This document shows positions 51,751 to 64,000 of a stretch of DNA of 64,000 bases, in pieces. Position 1 is the stretch's first letter, and every line of letters begins with the position of its first letter. A model generated the notes under the pieces. It did no database searches. It saw nothing but the letters and a program-made list of their open reading frames with translations, and had not been told where the DNA came from. Origin of the DNA: Octopus sinensis (Eukaryota); NCBI RefSeq assembly GCF_006345805.1, contig NC_043017.1, positions 29,202,001-29,266,000 on the forward strand. The letters are read 5' to 3'. The position numbers and the translations under genes were made by a program.

Positions 51751-52416
51751 TAATGGTAAATGTTTTTGATTTTCACTCTCGATTAATTTATCCTTTTTTT
51801 GTGTCCCTAGCACTTGGCATCCTTATTTAGGAGCCCTTAATTATATTTCTATATGAATAATATATTTCTCTATGAATAATATTTTGTCTAATGACTAATT
51901 CGTCTTTTGTGCTGGGCCACTGGTAGTAATCTATGTTATTACCCTTTTTTGATTATATTCACATATTACTTGATAGATTTGTTCGTAAAGTTTTTTCCCG
52001 GCATGCCCTATATCACCGGGTAGATTTTGCGTCTGTGCAGAGTTTTGAAAAGTTAAGATTTACAAGTTGTTTAGATCAACACATAGTCTAACGCTCTGTG
52101 CATCTCGATTTAACAAAGGCGTCTCGCTGATGAAACCGGCCTTAGCAAACATATTCTGTCTGTTTGCTAGAAAGAGGTAGAAACTGATCAGTCCGGGATA
52201 TATCGTTAATGGTAAATGTTTTTTCATTTTCACTCTCGATAAATTTATCCCTTTTTTTGTGCCCCTAGCACTTGGCATCCTTATTTAGGAGCCCTTAATT
52301 ATATTTCTATATGAATAATATTTTTCTCTATGAATAATATTTTGTCTAATGATTAATTCGTCTTTTGTGCTGGGCCACTGGTAGTAATCTATGTTATTAC
52401 CCTTTTTTGATTATAT
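51751..52416. repeat. ~208-bp direct repeat (51751-51958, 52207-52416) flanking a ~248-bp spacer
   Basis: Near-identical copies, both outer ends at (TA)n. Confidence 0.9.
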
Positions 52417-53811
52417 ATATATATTTATATATGATTTCTCGTTTTCTTCCTTTGTAACCGTGTGGAATAAAATAATTTAGTTTCCTCTCTGTGTGTGAAC
52501 TTATATTTATGTTGTTATACACTTTCTATTCTACTCTTCTGCTCTAATTCTATAATGCTGCCAATCACCTCCGATCACATTTTACTCCTCAAATACTTTG
52601 ATACTTCCATTACCTATATCTGTTTTCATATGTTTATATCGTTAAATGGCTCCTTCTACCCTTCCATAACATTCTCTTTCTCTCTCTCTCTCTCTCCGAT
52701 CTTATTTACCCCGTATTCTTTCTTTTGTTTTCTTTTTCCATTTCTTCCTTCCGTTTTTTGTCCCTTGCTTTTCAATTTGCTTCTTTTTTATTTTTATTTA
52801 TGCATTTGCTTATTCTCTTTTACTCTTTTACTTGTTTCAGTCATTTGACTGCGGCCATGCTGGAGCACCGCCTTTAGTCGAACAAATATACCCCGGGACT
52901 TATTCTTTGTAAGCCCAGTACTTATTCTATCGGTCTCTTTGGCCGAACCGCTAAGTGACGGAGACGTGTTTAATACTATGTATGCTTCCCTTCTCTGATT
53001 TATTGTATACACTGTGCATTTTCTGTATATTTATATATATTTCGATTTCTCTCATCTCATCATCTGTAAACTCTACCACTTGAAGTCTTTCTTCGTATTG
53101 TCACCTTCATTGAAGGCAGCGAGCTGGCAGAGTGGTTAGCACGAAGGATGAAATACTTAGCGGTCTTTCACCTGTCGCTACATCATGCGTTCAAATTCCG
53201 CTGAGGAAGACTTTGCCTTTCATCATTTCGGGGTCAATGAAATAAATACCAGTTACACAATGGGGTTGATGTAATCGACTAATCCCTTTCCTCCAAAGAA
53301 TTTTCTAAGCCCTGTGCCTAGAATAGAACTAATAATTATTATTATTTCTTCTTTTGTTTGGTGTTTCTTTTGCTTACGTATTTTATTCTCAAATATACCT
53401 TGTAATCTTTAATTCTAATTCAAATTCTAATTTCAATTTTAAATTGCTCTTTATGTTTTTTTTTTTTATATTTCTGTTATATCGCTTTTAATTATTCGCA
53501 ATTTCTATTTCTGGACATAGGCAGAGAAATATTTTATTCTCTTTTGTTAACTCGCTTTTACACCCAATTTTTTCGATTCAACTACTGTTTATATATATTT
53601 CTTCGGTCAACAACCACTGGTAGACAATTAGCTACCCAGTTACACTCAAATGCTTATTCATCGAAATATATTTACGAAAGACTATGTTATATGATATATT
53701 CTCACATAATTTAACTATTCCGTATTGTATTTGTGTGATGAAAGGCTACGTGAAACTCTGAGTAACAGTTTGAAACATTTTTGTCTTCAGTTTTAATATT
53801 TTATCAAAGCC

Positions 53812-54200
53812 GAAACGGCAAACTGGCAGAAGCATTAACTCGCCAGGCGAAATGCTTAGCAGTATTTCGTCTGCCATTACGTTCTGAGTTCAAATTCCGC
53901 CGAGGTCGACTTTGCTTTTCATCCTTTCGGTGTCGATAAATTAAGTACCAGTTACGCACTGGGTTCGATGTAATCGACTTAATCCCTTTGTCTGTCCTTG
54001 TTTTCCCTTTCTGTGTTTAGCTCCTTGTGGGCAGTAAAGAAGTAGGTATTTCGTCTATCTTTACGTTCTGATTTTAAATTCACCCGAGATCGACTTTACC
54101 TTTCATCCCTTCGGGCTCGATAAATTAAGTACCAGTAGAATACTGGTGTCAATCTAATTGACTGGCCCCCTCCTCAAAAATTTCGAGCCTTGTGCCAAGA
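53812..54200 (+). mobile_element. SINE family 2, long form with duplicated central domain
   Basis: Two successive GTCGACTTT..TTTCATCC.TTCGG..TCGATAAATTAAGTACCAG blocks. Confidence 0.8.
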
Positions 54201-54999
54201 GTAGAAAATAATATTTTATTAAAGCGGAACATTTATAAATATTACCATTAAAAAAATATAAACATCAAGGCAAAAAACAGTAAAATATCATTTATTAGGA
54301 GCAATAATAAATATTTTCGACTTAGCAAGTCGTATTCCTTTTGATGTTTACTTGTTTCAGTTGTATCACTGTGGCCACACTGGAGCACTGCCATCAAAGT
54401 TTTGGTCGAACTGATCGACCCCAGTACCTTTGTCCTAAACTTTTTGAAAAGCTTACTTTCAAAACCAAATCTATGCATCAGAATGACTTTTGAGTACTTG
54501 TTTAAAACAACAACTTGAATATATCTCATTTTGATTGGAAGACTAAGATTCGCCTACAGTCTATATGGCATGTATCACAGTTTAATGGGAAAAAGCCAGC
54601 ATCTTGCAGATTGTGTTTTAATGGTTATCATGGAATCGACCAAATATGACTTAGACCAGTTTTGAAAGTAAGCTCTTCATTTTGGTGTTGAAACGCCAGG
54701 TTACGAGTACAAAACAGACAGGCATAGGTTGTCGAGCGTCGAGGAAGAGCGAAAACACACACCCATACAGACACACATTAATATACACATACGCACACAC
54801 ACATATATACACACACACACACTGGAATAAAATAAACCAGAATCGACCATCCCAGCCAAATAATTCCTTCACGGGATGGCTATAATCAGCCCAAATTGTG
54901 ATGATTAAAATTGTTGTACATTGACAGTTTTATTGCATAAAACGTTGAAAGATGAATGAATGAAAAATAATTTCAGTGAGTAAACAATTATCGCGTAAG

Positions 55000-55740
55000 C
55001 GGAGATGCAGGACATAAAAAAAACCTTTTAACGGGATAATATGAAACAAAAATAAACATGGACGAGATCTGCAATTCTGCATTGTGGTGGAGTTCTTAGA
55101 GCTGAATAGAGTCTGCATAGCTTGCATTTTTTATCCATTAACATCTGGCATGGACTTTTCAGCTATATTCCAATTGATTGTATGTGGTGTGGCGTTAGAC
55201 CTCAAACCCCATACGTGGCTTACCAGCTTAGTTGCTTCCTGTCATCTTTGTAGCTGAAGGAAGATATATGGTCGGCACAGCGATTTTTGAAGTAACCTCA
55301 ACGCAGTGTAACCCTTCTTTTCGCTTATGTTATCTAGCGCTGTTGTAAATTCTGCCCCATATATGATTGATTTAAACATGCACCCCTGGTGGATGGCACA
55401 AGTTCCTGCGTCTCAACAGTTACAAGTGGAAGTAGGCTTTTCATCTCGTTTGTGTGTAATGATGGTCTTCATATTGAGAAAGCAGCTTAATGGTAATTAA
55501 ATCGAGTGTCTGTTGAATATTTTTCTGTACCTGTGACTCACCGAAATAGCAGATCATTTTCTGATCTAAGAACTCAATTTCATTGCTGGATACCAGATCT
55601 GACGCTTTGAGAGGGTGTAAACATATGGATAATTCCTGTTGGCAAATTAGAAAATAGCACCCTCTCCTGATTTAGTGGCGTTTCTGTTCACATTAGATCC
55701 CTATCCGTTCAGCCTTATTATGGCTTTACGCTCAAAGGGG
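55000..55740 (-). pseudogene. PLE linker plus GIY-YIG endonuclease remnant (not in ORF track)
   Basis: Across stops and frameshifts: SHRYRKIFNRHSI..SCFLNMKTIITH..TCNC*DAGTCAIHQGCMFKSIIYGAE..QNRCADHISSF..ATKLVSHVWGL..INWNI..KKCKLC. Confidence 0.75.
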
Positions 55741-56008
55741 ACGTAATTCTAATTCTCCCCTTTCTACTTCTTAGTTTGCCTTTTCCAGTTTTCTGTTAGT
55801 TTTCCGGTGTTTTCCCCGTTTCACTTTATACATCCACTTCACTCTCGCCTTTGATGCTATTTTCTCTTCTCCTATCGTCCTATCTTATCATGCATATAAC
55901 AACTGAGTCCAGTCTGTAGATTGCATGAAGGACCACACATGTTATGAATGTCCTCAGTGTCATTTATACTGCATTAAATTACACACACACACCACACACA
56001 CACACACA

Positions 56009-56101
<93 letters not shown>

Positions 56102-56109
56102 CCATGATA

Positions 56110-56300
56110 ATCGTTAGCTCATCAACGCATTTTTTCTCTCCTTGTTTCTTCTGTGTATCTTTCTGCCGAAGAGCGTAGGCTCGAAACGTAAAAGACTTTT
56201 TCTATTTCTGATCCTGAGCGCCATACTAATACATTTGTTTGTTTGTACTCCACCTGCCTTCGTCTTTTGTTTATTTTCGTAAACCTTTCCGTTACATATA
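56110..56300 (+). mobile_element. PLE-type terminal-repeat fragment (family B), hammerhead-like motif at 56158-56195
   Basis: TCTTT-CTGCCGA-A-GAGC(GTAG)GCTC-GAAAC-GT-A-AAAGA. (TA)n on both sides. Confidence 0.65.
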
Positions 56301-56327
56301 TATATATATATACGCAAAATAAGGCTA

Positions 56328-56990
56328 AAACTAAATTTATCCAGGTAGAGTTTCATACTCACTATGCTTCTATAAATCCAATACTCCTAAATAAGGCAAT
56401 GTGTTTGCAAAGGAAAAATCGGAGATAACTAAGGATGAAATAGATGTTAATTTGGCGGCTAGGAAATAAATGATTAAATTTGAGAATAAATATTGAATTA
56501 GGAAGGATATACCGAATATGTTTGACTTAATTTTGTGTTCTATATACCCGGCACGATATATTGATTTGATAGGAATTTGTATATTGTTTTCTCTTAGGGA
56601 ATTCCCTAAAATAGCAAGATGTTTATATAGGAGTGATGCACTTTTTACAATTTTAAACACGTCTAGTAGAATGTTGGAAAATTATAGAAAAACATGTTGA
56701 AGATTCTTTAAAAATATAGGTCTATCTATAACGATAGAAGATCAATATGACTCTTAGATGGTACGTTGCAGATTAAAAAAGGAATTTAGAAGTCCTTTCA
56801 TAAACATAATTAAAAGATAAAATATACAAATATTGGGAGCAATTATTTTAAATCAGTACCAAACTCACTAATAAGGAACTTTTAGTCTTGAATAAGCAAG
56901 TTGTCTGCCAATGAGAATATTTTCAAACTTAATGAAGACGGCTATAGCTTGGCACTTAGGAAAGCAGGTATAATGATAAAATGAAGTTTA
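56328..56990 (+). pseudogene. Old PLE reverse transcriptase plus thumb remnant related to the 35-36 kb element
   Basis: KTKFIQVEFHTHYASINPILLNKA..EIDVNLAARK..IRKDIPNMFD..IDLIGICILF..CLYRSDAL..RISKLSANENIF..SLALRKAG aligns by eye to STKFIQFDIFNFYSSINPIVLSKA..EINVVLAARR..VRKDTPDSFD..IADLVCIYILF..GLYRDDCL. Confidence 0.78.
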
Positions 56991-57312
56991 ATGAGTCAAA
57001 TATCGAATCTGATTTAAATAGCAATTCTAATATTGTAGACCTAAGAATCTAGTACCATAACAAATCTACTTATAACAAATGTAGTAATGGATATTTAAAA
57101 TCAAATTTTCAATTTCACTAATATAACAAGAGTAGGTAATATTAGTAGTGAGAATAAAAAGCTGAAAATTTAAATTTATAACAAAAGAAAAGAATCTCTA
57201 ACTTGTTGATAACCAAGTTAAAAATCCTCATGCTGCTAATGGAAAGGAGGATGTAGTATTCTCAAATAAAATTTCGAATTCTTTTAATATAAAATCGGCG
57301 AAAAGGTTTAAA

Positions 57313-57620
57313 GATTACAATCAAAGCTTCACTCCTGCTCCAGAGCGTCTGCTGCGGGGTCACTCCGAAAAGTTCTATCTGCGACGATTTCATCTCAATC
57401 GAAGGAGAGGGGATTTCTCCGACCGGGTTACGGATCCGTGGAATAAGCTGCCGGACGAGATAGTGAAGATGCCGACGACCGCTCGGTTCAGTCTCTCTTG
57501 ACCAGAAATGGTCTGAACTCTTTGCATGAACACCCTCTCTGTACATAACTCCATGTCCCCATACATGGCCTTGCTTTTTGCTTTTTGAGCCAAAAGATTA
57601 ACTTAACTTAACTTAACTTT
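57313..57620 (+). pseudogene. CR1-clade LINE 3' end with (AACTT)n tail
   Basis: LLRGHSEKFYLRRFHLNRRRGDFSDRVTDPWNKLPDEIVKMP..SLLDQKW (RGH..KL / RV..WN.LP / LD..W), then TTAACTTAACTTAACTT. Confidence 0.82.
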
Positions 57621-58068
57621 ACTAACCCTAACTTTAAAATGGATCGAAACCAGAGAATACTTTCTCCTTCAAAAAACAGTTGTAAGCATCGAAATTATGA
57701 TCTCAATCGGAGGAATACTTTATAGTTAATTGTTCCATTTGGTAAACAGGTCAATTACAATTTTTCCAAATTGTTTAATGTAGCAATTCAAAAACATTTT
57801 ACAAGAAACAATTGATGTTACGTAATTTTTAATTTTACGTAATTTTTAATCGCCATAACATTAGATTAACTTATTGTCTTAATCGTAATATTGCACAAAA
57901 TATAACACACATACTATTAAAATAATGTCGAAATTTCAAAAGAACGATTACAATTAGAATAGCGTAAAAAAATTCGACGCATAATAAAGTCAAATGGAAT
58001 AAAGAAACTCAAATAAAAGGGAACGCTAAGAAGTTAAATGTCATGGAAAGAGAAACAATCCAAACTAA

Positions 58069-58445
58069 TCTTTATATATAAAAGTGAAGTTGTGTGTCTG
58101 TCTCCTACGATTTAGATTCCTAACTACTCCCACATTTTGCGGTGCAGTGTAACCAAAAGCGTGTATCTTATAGTCGTGATTCATATCGAGCCCTTCTGGG
58201 TATTAGCGCGATTTTTAAAAAAATTACCATAATTTTTTCCCCATTTTTAATGCATTTTGTTTGCTATTACATAAGGGAAGTAACTCTCTAAAAATGTATT
58301 ATTAAATCTCAGAACGTAAAAAGCTACAGTAATACCCCCCTTTGTGGTTAGCCATATTGAGATGGCTATTGTACTTTACATCTCTAAAAATGCTTATATA
58401 GTTATTTCCCTTACAAACCCGAGCAACGCCGGGCGATAATGCTAA
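58069..58445 (+). mobile_element. Non-autonomous Helitron
   Basis: A^TC start and terminal hairpin. The CTAG end has decayed to CTAA. Confidence 0.82.
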
Positions 58446-58959
58446 AATTTCAGCTAGAAATCGAAAAAATACCGTTATCTAAAGGAGTAAATTGTAATAG
58501 AGAACTTGGTGGAAATGAATTTAATTCAACAATCAATGATCAAATTGAAAGTAAATCTGGCGGAAATAAAACAAGGCTATCTTTGAAATTGTTCTAAACG
58601 GGAATCCTGTTATATGATAAATAAGTGTACAACTAGAAATGTAATATATAGATGCATAGTTACATCTGAGGGCATGGGATTTTTTTTACATCGGTGGGAC
58701 ATCATTAATTTTTAAGAAGAGACGAGCAAATCATTTGGGTTCGTTTAAGGGCAAAAAAAATGTTCCAACCGAGTATTTTCAAAAATAATTGTAAACAGTG
58801 GTGAAAACCACAACGACACACAACCCCCAAAATGAGGGCAAGGACAATAACCAGACTGGTAACTCAGAGACGGGGACCATAAACAGCCAAAGAAGTGGCG
58901 ACAATAACATCAATTAAAACAGAGCGGAGTGCGTCAGAAGGAAAATAAAAACTGAATTT

Positions 58960-59505
58960 ACATCGACCTACCCTACTCTGTGAGGTGGTGCAGAAATAGT
59001 TAAGACACTGCATCAGGAAATCTGGCCTCTCTGTCAGAATCACAAGCTCAAATACTACCTAGCGCACACCAGCAAAATGCCACATGCATGCTGCCAAAAC
59101 CAATATCCAGTCCAAACGACCCAATCAGCAGACAGCGCCTGGTTATGCTTGAAATCCAACGTGACGCACATGAATTCGTGCTCTTGCGGGGCGGCGTACA
59201 TAGGATCGACCTGGAAACACTTTTAAGTTAGGTTGAAGAAAAATCTATACAAGGCGACAGCACTCGCATATTAGTGAGATGGAGGGATGCAATTAACTGT
59301 AGAATGACAGGAGTATAATTTTTCTTGGTGGGGGAGGGGAACAAGCAGCTAGCCTGAACCGTCGTAATGTGCTGGATGCATGGAGACTCGTGAACTGAGT
59401 CAAGGATTTTTCAACGTGAAAGAGCGAAAAATTGAAATCAAGAAAGCACGGAAAACATGAATTAAAAACTTTGAGGAAGAACCTTAGGTCCGAAAGCGCA
59501 CACTC
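58960..59505 (+). pseudogene. Highly decayed Penelope/Poseidon-type GIY-YIG remnant
   Basis: IYIDLPY at ~58965 and CSCGAAYIGST at 59179-59211. Downstream TTGAGGA-A-GAACC(TTA)GGTCC-GAAAG is hammerhead-like. Confidence 0.55.
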
Positions 59506-60482
59506 AATTACAACACACAACACCAAGGCTCATTCCAAGATACAAGCTAGATTCAGGCTAAACTAATTATCCTTCTATATACCAACCGAACTATCTATAT
59601 ATTCAATTACGCTCGCATACACCGACATACATACATATGTATATACACGATGGGCTTCTTTCAGTTTTCGTCTACCAAATCTACTCACAAGGTTTTGGTC
59701 CGCCCCAAACTATAGGTGCCAGACAATGGGACTGAACCTGGAACCATGCGGTTGGTATGCTAGCTACTTACCACACAGCCACTCCTGCACCACTATATAT
59801 ATATATATATATTTATAAAAATTTATATATATATATATATATAAATTTATATATATAAGGATAAGATCGATATTTAAATACCGATCCTATCGGGTGGCCA
59901 GCATGGGAATAAAAACCTTCAAATGTAATAATTATATAAAATTATAATTTAGGGTACCTAAGAGATACCATCACGCTTGAAATAGCAGTCGAAACCTGTG
60001 GTTTTAGAGTCAAGTTTTGACTGCTATTTCCATACCCTAAATTAAAAGTTATATATATATATATATATACACTCTTTTGCTAGTTTCAGCCATGCAGCCG
60101 TGGTCATACTGGAGCACCTCGATCGCTGTTCCTATATATCGCGTACATGCTTCATGTTTTTTCACACGTCTGAAAATGACAGTTATCTATTAGATCTGTT
60201 ATTACGCAATTAGCGAACGTGAAAATATAGGAAGTGATAAAAGTGACAGTTGATAAATTCCCCCGAAGCACCAAACAAAATATTCTGACTCAAATTAATT
60301 ATCGTATTATAATTAAGTAGGTTGTTTTGAATTTCTATATGGAACTAAATTAGAATCAAAATCTGTCTAGGCTATATATTCTTTGTAAACAACAAACAAT
60401 TAGAACCCGGCGACTGGTCAAATAATAAGTAAACTTTTAATTTTATCTATCTATGTTTTTGTTTATCTGTCTGCCTGTCTCT

Positions 60483-60547
<65 letters not shown>

Positions 60548-60597
60548 ATGTGTTTGTATGCACACACATTTATATATACATATATATATGTATACAG

Positions 60598-60646
<49 letters not shown>

Positions 60647-63519
60647 CACACAAACCAACTAAGTTTACTTTAGAAGCATTGAGATATCTTAGAAAGTTAA
60701 AGAAGAGATTTTAAATTCTCAAACGCAGGATAATGCTAATAACATAGTCTGAACAGGATAAGCTACCCCTATTTTGCAGAAAAAAGTGTTGGCAGCTGGC
60801 TATGAGACTCGAACTCAGACCTCCGACATGCTTAGGGAAAATTTCAACATCAATGATTAAATTTGCTTCGAGTTTTTTTTTTCTAAACTATATCTCGTGT
60901 TTCTTATGTCCTCAATTCCCCATGTGTCTATGCTTTCCTGTGAGATCTAATATCTGTTAGCGTCCCGTCAGTTACTAGACTATCTCCCCTGCTACATGTT
61001 TTTAGTTTATTTTGCAGAATGGAATTTGTAGACTTCCGCATTCTCCAAATAGTACTGTTTTAGTAACTCTAACGCTTACTTTCTATTAAATAATGGTTCT
61101 GGATTCAATCCCAATGCGTTGCATTTTGGGAAAATTTTACTACTACAACACATGCCCGACCAAAACTTTATGAGGGGATTTTGTAGACAGAAACTGAGAT
61201 AATCTCGCAGCATGCGTGTGTGTGTGTGTGTGTGAAGAGGGAAGAAATGGATGAACTGTTAGTGTGGTGCGAAAATAGAAATGTGAAGGTGGAGGAGTGG
61301 GCAGTTGGGCATAAGATAAAGAATGATTTTAAAAAAAGATATGCGATGGACTTGGAGAATATGTTTATTGAAATTGGGGAGAACAATGGATGATAGGGTA
61401 CGAAGGACAGGTAAGTGATGCTAGCGGATGGGGCCGTTAGCATTACTTTCATAATATCATTTTCAATATTCATTTTTCATTCTTTGTAATTGTGATGTTC
61501 TATGTCCCCAATGTTTGTAATGTCCCCCTCTTCGTTCGCCCTTTGTGGGTAATAAAGAAATAGTGTGTGTGTGTGTGTGTGTGTGCTCATATGTGTGTTA
61601 TTGTTGTTGTGGTTGTCGTCCGTCACCCTTTGAAAAGCAATGTTATTTACGTCCCCCATTTCGGGAAAAAGTGACTGGTGGTATAAGAACCGGGCTTAAT
61701 AATTAAGAACAGGGGTTGATTCGTTCGACCCCCCTCGATGAGATGCGCCAGGGGGACCCACAGTCCAACGGCTGAAACCAAATAACAGATAAATGGTCAC
61801 AAGTAGAAGAACATTTATAAACTCTAATGAAAAGAGTAAAGATAAACTGAACGGAAAATATTGTCTACATGTGAGTGCAGTATTGTAAAATCAAGAACAA
61901 ATGCCACAAGGCATTTTCTATGACGCACTAAGTATTCCGACACCGGCACCTTTTTCTTCTCATTACGGTGATAATTGCAATGATTGAAAAACAAATTTCG
62001 TCTCACAGACTCGACTATAATATCCAGAACTTGACTATAAATTGCTTGGCCTCGAGTTATTTTTATAAATTTTCTAAAGTGATGATTAATGTTGCCTAGC
62101 CGTTGTTTAAATTTCTTGTAAGATACTATTTAATGGTCGTTAAGAAGACTGGCAAAAGTATGTAAATATATTTATATAATAATAATTCTGAACAATAAGA
62201 CCAAAGACATAAGAGTCATTTCCAACGCAGGATAATTGGAGTTCGTATTTGGCTGATTGAATTCAGAAAAATTCTACAATTTTTCCTTTAGAAAGTATTT
62301 TTGATGTCTTTTAACATATACGTGTCTTTCATACATACATACATGCAAGTATGCGTGTGGGATATATGCAAGTATACGTGTGGGTATATATATATGTGTG
62401 GAGACAGAGACAGATGGCAGAAACCTCCGACAACATCTTAAGCTGCATTGCCCGCATGAATAGCAAATCTGCCATTTACTGCATGACATCCTCTTGGGTC
62501 CTCAGAAATTTCCGGACAGGAAACGTTATACAGCATTACCATTCTCTTCTCTACTCTCGCCCATCCTCACTTTCAAAACTCTTTTCCCTTGTTGTACTTC
62601 TACACGAAGCAAAATATAATAATTCTAGAATCCTAAAGATCAACCACGAAAAAAAAACAGATGATGTGATATTGGGTTTAGACCGTAAGCGCTTTAGAGA
62701 CAGCGCCTTACATATGCTGTCTCTCCTCTTATCATCCATCATCTACAGCAATGTTTCTAGCGTTACACAACTCTAAGACATAAGTATTGCACCTCAAATA
62801 GCTCAGCTCCATTTTGCATCATACCAAAAAGTTCTCATCACACACAAACGGTTGTCGGATGAAAATCTCCAACAGTTTCTAAGATCATCTTATTTCTATT
62901 ATATTTTTATAATCTCATTTCTACTATATTTGAAATAAATGAATAATTTACTTCCTAACGTTAACAACATTACAGATCGGCAACTTTCCGTTCTTACGAC
63001 CACCACAGCAGAATGGTATGTCAGTGTATTATTGACTGACATAACGAACGGGGGAAGGTGAAACTCTTGACCAAAAAACAATGGGGTTGGAGGCCCAAGG
63101 TATATAAAAATACACATTTACCGTTCAATCACCAGTTAATAATTATCACAGTAGTTGCAACATTGCAAGGTATTTACAGTTACGTATATACACTTAAATT
63201 AAATTTTAATACATATGCTTTATATATATTAAGGAATTAGTCGAATTAGCCCAGCATTTACTCCACAAAAGTTTTGTTGTCAATGCTGCAATTTCCCATA
63301 TCACCTATTTCAACATAACTGTAATCTATTATACACAAACTATCTCATTTTAAACCCGAGTAACGCCGGGTATCTCTGCTAGATAGAGGTGACGTGTGAT
63401 CGAATTCCTCTAAGCTTAGATTGAGAGGAAAGGATACAATCTCACAAATTCTAATAGATTACTGTGACCGAAAGAAACAAGAAACGTTTTCTCTAGTCTC
63501 GTATAAGTCAATAAGATTT

Positions 63520-63800
63520 CACATCTGTACATTATTTACATTTGACAGATATTTGTCCACATCTTGTTTGTTGTTAAAACAACGTTTCGACTGATATACT
63601 CCCCCAGCCTTCATCACATATCTTGGGGAAATTTCGAATATGGGTTCTCATTCCTTAGGTAATTTTTGATATTATTATTATTATTAATTATTATTATTAT
63701 TATTATTATTCAGGACATTGTCTGAAATCGAACTCGGAATCTTGGTGTTAGTAGCCTGCGATCTTAACCAACATCAAAAATTACCTTAGGAATGAGATCC
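63520..63800 (-). mobile_element. Composite element: tRNA-like head, (AAT)n, then a PLE-type tail with hammerhead-like motif (63577-63621)
   Basis: Minus strand TGGTTAAGATCGCAGGCTACTAACACCAAGATTCCGAGTTCGATTTCAGAC, (AAT)n, then GTGATGA-A-GGCTG..CAGTC-GAAAC-GT-T-GTTT. Confidence 0.65.
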
Positions 63801-63904
63801 CCATGACACTGGCGTGCTAACGTTTCTGTCAGCTCACCACCATAATCAGCACAAATATTAATTACATTCTATTTATTGATTTTAATACATATCAATACAT
63901 ATCA

Positions 63905-64000
63905 ATGAATATATTAAGAGATACCAATACATATTAATACATATATTAAGAGATATCAATACATATTAATACATATATTAAGAGATATCAATACATATTA
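63905..64000. repeat. 32-bp AT-rich minisatellite, runs off window end
   Basis: AAGAGATATCAATACATATTAATACATATATT repeated about 3 times. Confidence 0.85.

Noticed and set aside
54838-54890. Possible decayed hammerhead downstream of the 55-kb PLE (CTGATTA..GCCATCCC/GGGATGGT..GATT)
   Set aside because: Only stem II is convincing. Both core halves deviate.
62351-62776. 141-aa ORF in unique-looking sequence (similarly 23314-23565 and 25950-26246)
   Set aside because: It starts in microsatellite-like DNA and has no recognisable motif. It cannot be supported without homology or RNA data.

Overview
A 64-kb non-genic window of AT-rich animal DNA, full of repeats. The SINE families and very high microsatellite load point to an octopus or other cephalopod (inference from recalled repeat families). 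I can support no host protein-coding exon. Nearly all ORFs in the track are microsatellite or SINE read-throughs. The window holds four tRNA-derived SINE families, three non-autonomous Helitron copies, decayed mariner and maT/Tc1 transposases, RTE and CR1-group LINE 3' ends, and four Penelope-like element (PLE) remnants with RT and/or GIY-YIG endonuclease. There is one 100-N scaffold gap. The main signal is RNA-level: about 15 intact or degenerate type I hammerhead ribozyme (HHR) motifs from several unrelated families. Most abut (TA)n tracts and many sit in or next to fold-back inverted repeats. The clearest case is a 2.2-kb non-coding array (30211-32385) of near-identical ~556-nt monomers, each with one HHR, arranged in tandem and inverted. 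It looks like a retrozyme-type (self-cleaving, possibly circRNA-producing) element, inserted inside a SINE. All structures were read by eye. No database search or folding program was run.
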